In this document: piece after piece, positions 15,823 to 24,543 of the stretch
How the letters are laid out: every line of letters starts with the position of its first letter
How positions within the stretch are numbered: the stretch's first letter is position 1
Assembly (NCBI RefSeq): GCF_008000775.2
Contig: NZ_CP042905.2
Span: 1,320,001 to 1,352,000, forward strand
DNA length: 32,000 bases
Direction of reading: 5' to 3'
Source: Promethearchaeum syntrophicum
Lineage (GTDB): Archaea; Asgardarchaeota; Lokiarchaeia; Sigyniarchaeales; Promethearchaeaceae
Notes under the pieces: model-generated
What the model saw: the letters and a program-made list of their open reading frames with translations, nothing else
The model's database searches: none
Told to the model about the DNA's origin: nothing
Position numbers and translations under genes: made by a program

Positions 15823-16974
15823 ATGAAAGCTGAAGATTTTTTAAATTTGCAAATGAGTTCATTAGAAATTGCATTAAAAGATGACATTCAATACCATGGG
15901 CGGGATTATTTTAAAGATTTTTATATGGTTCCAAACTCATTAAGCTCTGTTTCAATCAAAGACATCGATCTTTCTTGTTCATTTCATGGAAAACAGCTAG
16001 ATTTTCCTGTTTATGTTGGATCGTTGACGGGAGGTGAAGTAGGATTAACTAAAATAAACGAAACTTTAGGGATATTTGCTAAAAAATATAAAATTGCTCA
16101 AGGGATTGGCGACCAACTCCACTGTTTAGGTAAAACTGTAAAAGACACTATAATTCAAAGCTATTCAATAATGAGAGAAAAAAACCCAGAAGGAGTAATT
16201 CTGGCTAATATCTCTGCAAAATATCTTGTTCAATCTGAAAATTATATTGAGGATGTGAAAAAGATAGTTGATATTATTAAAGCGAATGGAATTGAAATCT
16301 ATCTTGCTCCACTAAGAGATGTTCTTTGGGATAAAAATGATTTTGGTTTAAAGGGTTTTATCCCAAAGTTGAAAAAATTGATAGAAACAATTGATATACC
16401 TGTTATCATTAAAAGCATTTCTACAGGATTAAGTAATGATGATATTAGACAATTATGGGATGTAGGGGTTTCTGGATTTAATATAGGGGGTGTGGGGGGT
16501 TCAAGTTTTGCCCGAATAGACACCCTTAAACGTCTAACTTTATCTCAAAAACAGTCTATATCTCCTATAAAACGTCCTTTAGATTTCTTTGGAACTCCAA
16601 CAGTATGGTCTCTATTAGATATTGCCTTAAGACCAGAAAATAATGATATTCCTTTGATCGCTGGGGGAGGAATCCGTAATGGACTACAAGCGGTCAAAGC
16701 CTTTGCTATGGGTGCTGACTTAATTAGTTTTGCTTATCCCGTTTTAATAGAACTAACGGAAGATTTTGGATATCCAAAGGAACGCAATCTAGAGCGATGG
16801 TTTGAACGATTAATCTTTCAAATAAAAACAGTGATGGCTCTTTTTGGTGCACAAACAATTGAAGATCTAAGATCTCTTGTAAAATCGCGAACTGTTATAT
16901 TTGGGAGAACTAAAGAATGGATTGATGGAAGAAATCTAAGTTTTCCTCCTAAATTTATCCGAAAAATACATTAA
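15823..16974 (+). CDS. FMN-dependent TIM-barrel protein homologous to type-2 isopentenyl-diphosphate isomerase (IDI-2/Fni-like), apparently divergent
   Basis: LDFPVYVGSLTGG, IPVIIKSISTG, GFNIGGVGGSSF, AGGGIRNGLQAVKAFAMGADL and a C-terminal VIFGRTKEWIDGRN follow the IDI-2 layout as I recall it. Several catalytic-motif positions look substituted (see findings). Confidence 0.6.
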   Translation: MKAEDFLNLQMSSLEIALKDDIQYHGRDYFKDFYMVPNSLSSVSIKDIDLSCSFHGKQLDFPVYVGSLTGGEVGLTKINETLGIFAKKYKIAQGIGDQLHCLGKTVKDTIIQSYSIMREKNPEGVILANISAKYLVQSENYIEDVKKIVDIIKANGIEIYLAPLRDVLWDKNDFGLKGFIPKLKKLIETIDIPVIIKSISTGLSNDDIRQLWDVGVSGFNIGGVGGSSFARIDTLKRLTLSQKQSISPIKRPLDFFGTPTVWSLLDIALRPENNDIPLIAGGGIRNGLQAVKAFAMGADLISFAYPVLIELTEDFGYPKERNLERWFERLIFQIKTVMALFGAQTIEDLRSLVKSRTVIFGRTKEWIDGRNLSFPPKFIRKIH

Positions 16975-19245
16975 TTAACCCATCAATTTTTCAATAAAGG
17001 AATTAAGAAGTACTAATTTTTTTTTATATTTAGAATCTTTGAATAATCGATTTTGAATTGACTTGGGTTTAATTTCTGAATCTTTTAGGCTTCCCTTAAA
17101 ATTATAAAAGAAATCTATTACATACGATTCAATTTCACGGGAGTGGCGAGCAATTTTTTGATGTAAATTATTTTCCTTGTCAAAAATTGGAAACTCGATA
17201 TTAAAAGGATGTTTATGAATATTTCGCAAACTTCCTCGCGCACCTGTGCTCCCCATTAGCTTAACATGTTCAGTGGTATAAGGTGAATTTAAGTATCCTA
17301 TAATGTAATAAGCCTCTTCTATATTTTTTGGGATATAAAAATAAAGAGAAGTATCTACAATCATTGAATCTGTTAGAATAGCTCCCTTCACGATGCTGCC
17401 AATACCTCCATAAATTACTTTTGGTGTTTTATTCTGGCGAGGATCTGTCAAAGCTTTTCCATAATTTAATCTTTTTTCGAGATTTTCTATTTTCGCACCT
17501 TTTTTTTTATTTTTCAGGTAAATTTCTTGTAAATTTTGATAATGTTTCAGGGAAAATGGAGATCTCGGAGTTTGTAAAATAAATTCATCGTTTTCTCCTT
17601 TTTCTAATGGAAGAAATGCTTGATAGGGTAATAAATAATAAAAAGGAATTAACCCGGTACTTTTTGCAACTGAGAATATGTTAGAAGGTTCAACTTGTGC
17701 TTGTTTATAGGCAATAAATTTCCATGTACTGTAAACTTTTGATTGTAACGTTGTAGACGGTTGAATTGTTATTAAATCTAAATTAGTTCTTTTTTTAATT
17801 ATATCAATAAATAGCAGATTTCTGGGAACAAGTGATGCTCCTTGCCGAAAAAGCTTTTTGTAATCTGATGTATTATTGGTTTGCTTTGATAATTGGGATT
17901 TGGGAATTAATCTCCCTATATGTAAATTTTGTTGTGGAATTAAATTTGGTTCGTCTAAGTGAACTTCATGATTTCCTAAAATTTTAGATGGAACATATGT
18001 ACAGACTGATTTTAAGCCTATTTTTATGGGATTTTTTGAACAATGATATAATTTCCATCGAATTTTATTTCTCTCTGAAAAATCCGATATTCCCTTGCTA
18101 GCTTTGAAACAAAGATTGTGAATGCGAAAAACATCTTCATCGAATGCCCATATTTCAATATTTTTTAATCCGCAAAACTGTCGAAATAAAGAATGTTGAG
18201 CGCCAGTAGCTAAACTGGCTGGAGTTACAAAAAATATGAACCCATCTGGTTTTAAAAAATCTCGAATCATTTTGTAAATAAAAATTGTGGTTAATTCAGT
18301 AGATGTTTGATATTTACCACCGCGTAATATTCCCAATTCTTTACCCAGTTTTTTGATTCGTTCTTTTTCGGATTGTGACGGAATTCGATTTAGTACTAAC
18401 CATGGTGGATTTCCCAAAATTAAATCAAAAAATTGATTCTTTGAGATTAGTTGAAAATCGTTATCTGTTAGTAAATTTGTTTCAAAAATCTTAATTTCCC
18501 GATTTTTTAACCAAAATCCATCATATGACAAAAATAAATTCGCTCGTGCCATAATACAAGCAATAGGGTTAATATCGCATCCAATTATATTATCAATGGC
18601 TTTTTCTTCATCTTTGGGCGAAAGATTGCTTCTAGCAACCATTTTTGCTATTTCTAATAAAAATGTTCCTGAACCACAAGTAGGATCTAGCACTTTCATT
18701 CCAGTCTTATAAACATCTGAAATCATAGTCTGAGCTAGAATAGGATGTGTGTAAAATTCCCCTTTGGGATGCCTCGTGGTATTTTCTAGTAATTTTTGGT
18801 AAAGATCTGTGAATAAATCTTCGTTTTCTATCTCAAAACTTGATAATTCGGATATTAATTTAATTTGAATTTCTTTTACTTTCTGCATCATTAAAAAACT
18901 TTGAAAATAATCCGATAATTTGAGAAAGTTAAATATTTTCTTAAGAAATGTATCTGATTGTTGAATTTCATTACTTTTTGGGGTATTTCCTTTTGCCATT
19001 TTATTAATTTTTAGGAATAAAATCGATGTAATCGTATATATTAACAGACAGTGTTTAATATATAAATTCTCCCTAATTTCATCAGCTGGATAAATAATAT
19101 TAAATCTTAATTCCCACTTTTCGTAATCCTCCATGAATTCATTATCAGAGTCTTTTAAGGATTTTTTAATCAATTCGTAAATTTCTAAACCGTAATTGCT
19201 TGAGGAAAAAAAGTTATTCACAATCCAATTACTGGAAATTTTCAC
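16975..19245 (-). CDS. Gamma-class N6-adenine DNA methyltransferase (Eco57I/TaqI-like N6_Mtase) with a large C-terminal putative target-recognition region
   Basis: GEFYTHP (motif X), VLDPTCGSGTFLLE (motif I), GCDINP, ILGNPPWLV (motif IV NPPW). 756 aa. GTG start at 19245 as in the track. No nuclease motif recognised. Confidence 0.8.
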   Translation of the reverse strand: MKISSNWIVNNFFSSSNYGLEIYELIKKSLKDSDNEFMEDYEKWELRFNIIYPADEIRENLYIKHCLLIYTITSILFLKINKMAKGNTPKSNEIQQSDTFLKKIFNFLKLSDYFQSFLMMQKVKEIQIKLISELSSFEIENEDLFTDLYQKLLENTTRHPKGEFYTHPILAQTMISDVYKTGMKVLDPTCGSGTFLLEIAKMVARSNLSPKDEEKAIDNIIGCDINPIACIMARANLFLSYDGFWLKNREIKIFETNLLTDNDFQLISKNQFFDLILGNPPWLVLNRIPSQSEKERIKKLGKELGILRGGKYQTSTELTTIFIYKMIRDFLKPDGFIFFVTPASLATGAQHSLFRQFCGLKNIEIWAFDEDVFRIHNLCFKASKGISDFSERNKIRWKLYHCSKNPIKIGLKSVCTYVPSKILGNHEVHLDEPNLIPQQNLHIGRLIPKSQLSKQTNNTSDYKKLFRQGASLVPRNLLFIDIIKKRTNLDLITIQPSTTLQSKVYSTWKFIAYKQAQVEPSNIFSVAKSTGLIPFYYLLPYQAFLPLEKGENDEFILQTPRSPFSLKHYQNLQEIYLKNKKKGAKIENLEKRLNYGKALTDPRQNKTPKVIYGGIGSIVKGAILTDSMIVDTSLYFYIPKNIEEAYYIIGYLNSPYTTEHVKLMGSTGARGSLRNIHKHPFNIEFPIFDKENNLHQKIARHSREIESYVIDFFYNFKGSLKDSEIKPKSIQNRLFKDSKYKKKLVLLNSFIEKLMG

Positions 19246-19495
19246 AATAATTAATCCCCAAATTCACAAATTTTTAATTTTATGCATTTTTTATCATATT
19301 ACTAATTTCAATTTTATTGTAAATTAGGACGCAAGCATATAGCGGCTTTACTTCAATATTTATCCCACTGGGGTTAAATCGTTCTTCGGAATGAATGATG
19401 TAGAGATAAGATACATGGAAATAAAATTCCCATTATGCAATTGAGTAAGTCTTAATTTTATACGATTGAAATTTAAATGAAATAATGGTGAAAAA

Positions 19496-19987
19496 ATGGG
19501 CGACACATTAGAAATATCTGCACTGGTTGAGGGAGGAAAAGCTTCGGGTGGACCTCCAATTGGACCTGCAGTCGGTCCTACGGGCATACCAATTAAGGAC
19601 GTTGTCGACACCATCAATGAAAAAACCAAAGATTTCAAAGGGTTAAAAGTTCCAGTAACAATTCTTGTCAACACCGAAGAGAGAACTTTTGAAATTAAAG
19701 TAAGTACTCCTATGGTATCTGCTTTACTTCTAAAGGAACTTGGAATAGAAAAAGGATCAAGTGAACCTACAACAGATTTTGTTGGAGATGTAACCTTTGA
19801 TCAAATTTTAACAATTACCCGTATGAAAATGGACAGTTTGAATGCTTTAAATTTAAAAACCTCTGTTAAAACCATAATTGGAACCGCGTATTCGTGCGGA
19901 ATTAAAATTGACGGTAAAACAGCGAAAGAAGTCCTAATAGAAATCAATGATGGTCTTTATGATGACAAATTAAAGGAGGGAGCTTAA
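19496..19987 (+). CDS. rpl11: 50S ribosomal protein L11
   Basis: VEGGKASGGPPIGPAVGPTGIP...INEKTKDFKG..VPV. GGTGA upstream of the ATG. Confidence 0.95.
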   Translation: MGDTLEISALVEGGKASGGPPIGPAVGPTGIPIKDVVDTINEKTKDFKGLKVPVTILVNTEERTFEIKVSTPMVSALLLKELGIEKGSSEPTTDFVGDVTFDQILTITRMKMDSLNALNLKTSVKTIIGTAYSCGIKIDGKTAKEVLIEINDGLYDDKLKEGA

Positions 19988-19994
19988 TACGAAC

Positions 19995-20714
19995 ATTAAT
20001 CAACATTCAGTAGAAGATGCTCTTTCCAAAGCTTTAGAACAATCTGTTATCAAGATGGAAGGAAAACCTGAAAAAGTGAGAAAATTCGATGAAACTGTAG
20101 ATATAGTTATCAATGTCCGTGATGTTGATATTAAAAATCCAAATAACCGAATTGACCAAGAATTTTTATTACCACATCCCATTAAAAAGAGTCTTCCAAA
20201 GGAGAAAATCTGTTTCATTGTAAAAGATGACATGGAAATTTCCCTAAAAGAGATGGGATATGATATTATTAATCCAGGTATGCTAGACGATTTGCAAAAG
20301 CAATCCAAAAAAGAAAAAAAAGCAGTTGCTAATAAGTATGATTACTTTGTAGCAAGAGCTGATCTTATGAGGAATCTTGCAAAAGTTCTAGCTCGCTTTT
20401 TAGGGCAACAAGGAAAAATGCCGCGACCACAGCCTAAAGGATTTGGAGTTATTAGACCAAATGAAAACCTTGAAGCCTATATTGCCAAATTGAATAGAAT
20501 AATTAAAATTTCGATGAAGAAAAATTTAATTATTCAGTTAAAATTTGGTAAAAAATCCCAAGAATATAATGAATTGAAGGAAAATCTTGATTCAATATTA
20601 TCATTTGTAAAAAATACTTTACCAAATGGAAATAATAACATAAATTCAATTTATATTAAAACAACTATGGGAAAAGCTGTTAGGGTTGAAGATACAGGAA
20701 AAGGGAGGCGCTAA
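19995..20714 (+). CDS. rpl1: 50S ribosomal protein L1 (5' end uncertain; first in-frame ATG is 20055)
   Basis: RKFDETVDIVINVRDVDIKNPNNRID and the rest fit L1. The in-frame upstream codons encode SVEDALSKALEQSVIK, which resembles the usual archaeal L1 N-terminus. There is no ATG/GTG/TTG in frame between the TAA at 19971 and 20055. Confidence 0.85.
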   Translation: MNQHSVEDALSKALEQSVIKMEGKPEKVRKFDETVDIVINVRDVDIKNPNNRIDQEFLLPHPIKKSLPKEKICFIVKDDMEISLKEMGYDIINPGMLDDLQKQSKKEKKAVANKYDYFVARADLMRNLAKVLARFLGQQGKMPRPQPKGFGVIRPNENLEAYIAKLNRIIKISMKKNLIIQLKFGKKSQEYNELKENLDSILSFVKNTLPNGNNNINSIYIKTTMGKAVRVEDTGKGRR

Positions 20715-20720
20715 TCTGAG

Positions 20721-21659
20721 ATGGTACAACGGGGAAAGGTTTCTACAACTAAAATTCAAGAAGTTGAGAAAATATCGGCACTTGTTAAAGATTTCAAGGT
20801 TATAGGACTCGCAAAGTTGGAAAAAGTTCCTGCAAAAGCATTACATAATCTTCGCGATACCCTTAGGGGCGATGTTATTATTCGAATGTCTAAGAAAAAA
20901 TTAATACAAAAGGCATTCAAAGCGAGTAAGAAAAAGAATCTAACTGAATTGGCAGATAATATATTAGGAATAACCGCAATGTTATTTACGAATATGAATC
21001 CAATTAAATTAGCTCAATTCTTAGAATCTAAAGCTGTAAAAGGTCCTGCTAAACCAGGAGATTTGGCTCCAGGCGATATTGTCGTTAAAGCTGGAGATAC
21101 AAAAATCGCACCGGGTCCGATTATTAGTGAATTATCACAGAATTTAAAACTTCAAACACTAATCAAGAATGGGACAATTCATATCCGCGAGGACAAAGTT
21201 ACGCATACAGTTGGTCAGTTAATTGATACTAAGCAAGCTCAATTATTGGGTCGATTAGGTTTAGAACCTATGACAATAAAACTAGATTTCTATTCAGCTT
21301 GGGAAGATGGTGAAATTATTCCTACGGAAGTTTTACATTTGAATATTGATACAATACTCGATAATGTGAGATTAGCCGCATCGGAAGCAATTAATCTGTC
21401 TTTAGAATTAGGAATAATAACTAGCGATACAATTAAGCCACTAATGGCAAAAGCAATTCGTTCTTCAATTGCATTAGCAGTGAATTTACCTATATTTATA
21501 CCTGAAATGGTAGATCAATATATGGCTAAAGCTACTCGTGAAGCTATTGCAATAAATGGGGCTTTCTTCGAAAGTGAAGACCAACCTGAATCAGAAGAAG
21601 AACCTGAACCAGAGAAAAAAGAAGAAGAACCATCTGGATTAGGAAATTTATTCGGTTAA
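20721..21659 (+). CDS. rplP0: 50S ribosomal stalk protein P0 (L10)
   Basis: Operon position after L1. Acidic C-terminus ends EEEPSGLGNLFG. Confidence 0.93.
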   Translation: MVQRGKVSTTKIQEVEKISALVKDFKVIGLAKLEKVPAKALHNLRDTLRGDVIIRMSKKKLIQKAFKASKKKNLTELADNILGITAMLFTNMNPIKLAQFLESKAVKGPAKPGDLAPGDIVVKAGDTKIAPGPIISELSQNLKLQTLIKNGTIHIREDKVTHTVGQLIDTKQAQLLGRLGLEPMTIKLDFYSAWEDGEIIPTEVLHLNIDTILDNVRLAASEAINLSLELGIITSDTIKPLMAKAIRSSIALAVNLPIFIPEMVDQYMAKATREAIAINGAFFESEDQPESEEEPEPEKKEEEPSGLGNLFG

Positions 21660-21714
21660 ATTAATAAAAATTTTTTCAGATCAAAAAATAAAAAAACTAA
21701 AAATGTGAAAAACC

Positions 21715-22017
21715 ATGGAATCTGTATACGCAGCACTCCTATTACACAAAGCAGCTAAAAAAGTAGATGAAAAAGGCATCGAAAAAGTTTTAACAGCTGC
21801 TGGTGTTGAAGTTGATAAAAACCAACTCAAGGCACTCGTTGCTGGGTTGGAAGGAAAGAACATAGATGAATTAATTGCCGGTGCATCTGCAGCTCCTGTT
21901 GCAGCCGCCCCATCCGCAGCTCCTGCAGCAGCAGAGAAGAAAGGCAAGAAGAAAGAGAAGAAGAAAGAAGAAAAGAAAGAAGAAGAACCCGCAGGTCTTG
22001 GGGCTTTATTCGGTTAA
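21715..22017 (+). CDS. rpl12: 50S ribosomal stalk protein P1 (archaeal L12)
   Basis: [11 protein letters not shown]..., Ala/Pro hinge, K/E tail ending [12 protein letters not shown]. Confidence 0.95.
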   Translation: MESVYAALLLHKAAKKVDEKGIEKVLTAAGVEVDKNQLKALVAGLEGKNIDELIAGASAAPVAAAPSAAPAAAEKKGKKKEKKKEEKKEEEPAGLGALFG

Positions 22018-22035
22018 AATTATTTTCTTCAAAAA

Positions 22036-22044
22036 TTTTTTTTT
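22036..22044 (+). terminator. Oligo-T tract (T9) in the 44-nt gap between the convergent rpl12 and endonuclease Q genes
   Basis: A run of nine T begins 19 nt after the rpl12 stop, followed by ATTT and ATTTT. Archaeal termination typically uses oligo-T tracts. Confidence 0.4.
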
Positions 22045-22061
22045 AAATTTATTTTATACAA

Positions 22062-23432
22062 CTATAACTCATCCAGTGATATTTCTCCAAATGTCCCCCC
22101 CCCTCCAGGAATGAATGTAATTTTAGATTCCCGAAACGCTGAAATGATTTCAGCTACATTATTTTCTTGAAGTTTATCAATAGGAAGGTCAATTAGAATA
22201 CCATATTCTGAACCATATTTTTTGATTAAATCATCGTACATTTCAATAACAGATTTTGCCTTTGAATTTTTTACACCGCAAATTTTTCTCACGATTTCGA
22301 CCAATGGGATAATATCCAAATAAGGTGGTCTATGATCTGGGTGGTTCGGTTCGGACCATGTAGCAATTTCATTAACTCGCTCAGAAACACCAAGTTTTAA
22401 TTTTGGAATTGTGACTTTTTTACTTTTTTTATTTACTTTTTGTTTTTCTTTAATCTCAGATTCACAAGCTTTGCATATAATATCACCGTTACTGCATGAT
22501 TTTAGGAAATCTGCTTTATTTTTTTTATTTTTGAAGTTATAATGAATGAAATCAGCATCAATTTTCGAAGGTTTCCATCCAGATTGTAAGAGGTACGTGT
22601 TTTGTGTTTCTTCATTATTTTGAATTAAAGTTATAATTCTTCTCCTACATTTTCTGCAAAACATGATAAAATATTTACCCAATTTTGGTTCTAATCCAAC
22701 ATTAAGAGACACTCGTCGATTTTTTCGCCGAAAACAAGCTTTTTTAATTTCATCAAAAGACGGACTCTCTAATTCCATTCGATTGAATTCTCTTCCCAGA
22801 CTTTGTGCACCTTCAGAATGTGCATCACTATTACTTAAAAAAGTAATATTTTTAAGAGATTCCATTCTATCGGCTAAATTTGTATCTGCTGATAATCCTA
22901 ATTCCAGGAATGCAAGTTTCTTTTCAGCACCAACATAAGCTTCGGCAAGATTTTGATATCTCCCTTGACGGAAAATTGATTTAAATGGTGTGAAGGCATG
23001 AGCAGGACCGCAAATCCCTCCAACATTTTCGATTATTTCAACGATTTCTGCTGGATTTTTATTAACATGAGGCCTACCTGCCCATCTACCTATAATATTC
23101 TTGACATAAGGGGCTAATATTTCTTGTAGTTTCTCTGCAGCTGAAAAATCAGGTAAAAGAATGACATGATGGATGGATTCATTATCTTCTAATTCTGTGC
23201 CTATAATAAAACTTAGATCTTTATAGAAATACATTCCATCTCTAAATTCTAGATTCTCTTTAAGATATTTTCTCCAATCTGGTTGGGTGATGTCTCCAGT
23301 GCTTAAAATATTCAAACCCTTTTTCATTGCAGTATTGTATAAAGTTTCCAAATTCATATTTTGTGATACTGCAATGCTGTAGGGGCTATGAATGTGCAAA
23401 TCTGCATTATAAATTTGCATGTTTATCTCCAT
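22062..23432 (-). CDS. endoQ: Endonuclease Q (PHP-domain, zinc-finger nuclease acting at deaminated bases) homolog
   Basis: ADLHIHSPYS, GPAHAFTPF, FLELGLSAD, LSNSDAHS, LGREFN, LGKY...CRKC...CKAC, RPPY, IPGGGGTFGEI. Collinear with my recollection of the Pyrococcus EndoQ sequence. Confidence 0.8.
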   Translation of the reverse strand: MEINMQIYNADLHIHSPYSIAVSQNMNLETLYNTAMKKGLNILSTGDITQPDWRKYLKENLEFRDGMYFYKDLSFIIGTELEDNESIHHVILLPDFSAAEKLQEILAPYVKNIIGRWAGRPHVNKNPAEIVEIIENVGGICGPAHAFTPFKSIFRQGRYQNLAEAYVGAEKKLAFLELGLSADTNLADRMESLKNITFLSNSDAHSEGAQSLGREFNRMELESPSFDEIKKACFRRKNRRVSLNVGLEPKLGKYFIMFCRKCRRRIITLIQNNEETQNTYLLQSGWKPSKIDADFIHYNFKNKKNKADFLKSCSNGDIICKACESEIKEKQKVNKKSKKVTIPKLKLGVSERVNEIATWSEPNHPDHRPPYLDIIPLVEIVRKICGVKNSKAKSVIEMYDDLIKKYGSEYGILIDLPIDKLQENNVAEIISAFRESKITFIPGGGGTFGEISLDEL

Positions 23433-24285
23433 TTATATTTAAAGTACCTTCTAATACTTTTGTTGCATGTCCGATTATTTTAATCTGATTTTCATCAATA
23501 ATTTCCAAAATCATTGTCCCAGTCCTTCGACTTAATTGTTTCGTGGTGAATTTATTCTTTTTTAACTTTTTTTTCCAAAATGGACCAACAACCGTTGCTG
23601 CTGAGCCCGTTACAGGATCTTCAAGTATTCCCATCCAAGGCGCGAAAAATCTAAAATAAAAATCAAAATCTGAAGAGAGTTCTCCCTTACATGTTAATAT
23701 TAAACCTGATAATGGAAATTTGAAAGAACACGAAAGTAAATTTGAAGGATTGGGTGAAAATTGGGTTAGAACTTCTTTTGATTTAACTTCAATAAGCAAA
23801 TATTGCAACGAAGAATTATATACTGCAGAGAGAATTTCCTTAGATGCAAGATTGTCAATTACATCTAATTCTTCCTTTAAATCAATCACAATATTTTTTG
23901 AAATTGGAAAAATCATTTGGATTTGACCGTTATCATATATTGTATTTAATTCACCAGATTTAGTTTCAAATGATAATACTTTTGATGGATTTCCTAACAT
24001 AACAGACAAAACAAACCCTGTTGCCAAAGTTGCATGTCCACATAAATTAACTTCAACTTCAGGTGTAAACCATTGCAATTTAAATTTAGTTGCTTTTTTC
24101 CAATCAGGAATATCTATTGGGGTAACAAATGCTGTTTCTGCAAAATTTATTTCATTGGCGATAGCTTGGCGTTTTACAAAACTAAGTTTTGAATCCTTAA
24201 CATTATTGATTAAACATACTGCTGCTGGATTACCTTTGAATTGGGTTTTTGTAAAAGCGTCAATGTAATATACCGGAATTTTCAT
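23407..24285 (-). CDS. PhzF-family (phenazine biosynthesis-like) isomerase
   Basis: MKIPVYYIDAFT...FKGNPAAVCL, ETAFV, LCGHATLA, EDPVTGSA. Confidence 0.85.
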   Translation of the reverse strand: MKIPVYYIDAFTKTQFKGNPAAVCLINNVKDSKLSFVKRQAIANEINFAETAFVTPIDIPDWKKATKFKLQWFTPEVEVNLCGHATLATGFVLSVMLGNPSKVLSFETKSGELNTIYDNGQIQMIFPISKNIVIDLKEELDVIDNLASKEILSAVYNSSLQYLLIEVKSKEVLTQFSPNPSNLLSCSFKFPLSGLILTCKGELSSDFDFYFRFFAPWMGILEDPVTGSAATVVGPFWKKKLKKNKFTTKQLSRRTGTMILEIIDENQIKIIGHATKVLEGTLNINGDKHANL

Positions 24286-24543
24286 TATTTTCTCTCCTTT
24301 TATGTTTAATTATGAATAAATGATAGTTTAAATCTATTTTTAACTTTTGCTTCAAATATAGATTTATACTTTGGAAATAAGCAAAAATATAACATATTTA
24401 AGCAAAATATAAATTTAAACACCAGATTCATTTGAGTGCTTATTAAATTGATCCGAGAATTTCACATTTTTCTCATTTTTCGAAAATGAAATTAATTGTT
24501 CTAAAATTATTCCTTAAGTTTTAAATTTCTGCTTTAAGTAAAG

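Noticed and set aside
16299-16523. Minus-strand ORF within the IDI-2-like gene
   Set aside because: Antisense of the Gly-rich GGVGG region, producing a Pro-rich artefact.
19381-19392. GTTC-TTCG-GAAT mini-hairpin (UUCG tetraloop) and a relatively GC-richer patch (19328-19400) in the MTase/rpl11 intergenic region
   Set aside because: It has only 4 bp and no extended structure or conservation evidence. It could be chance or part of a promoter or leader. This is insufficient for an ncRNA call.
19360-20308. Minus-strand ORFs 19360-19674 and 20000-20308 overlapping rpl11 and rpl1
   Set aside because: The Gly/Pro-rich translation (GMPVGPTAGPIGGPP) is simply the antisense image of the L11 GPPIGPAVGP motif. 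The ribosomal protein frames are unambiguous.
21681-22114. ORFs 21681-21947(-) and 21875-22114(+) overlapping rpl12
   Set aside because: These are alternative frames of the Ala/Pro hinge and the K/E tail. The P1 frame ends in the diagnostic GLGALFG.
22663-23926. Plus-strand ORFs 22663-22938 and 23720-23926 inside the endoQ and phzF genes
   Set aside because: Antisense shadows of motif-supported CDSs.
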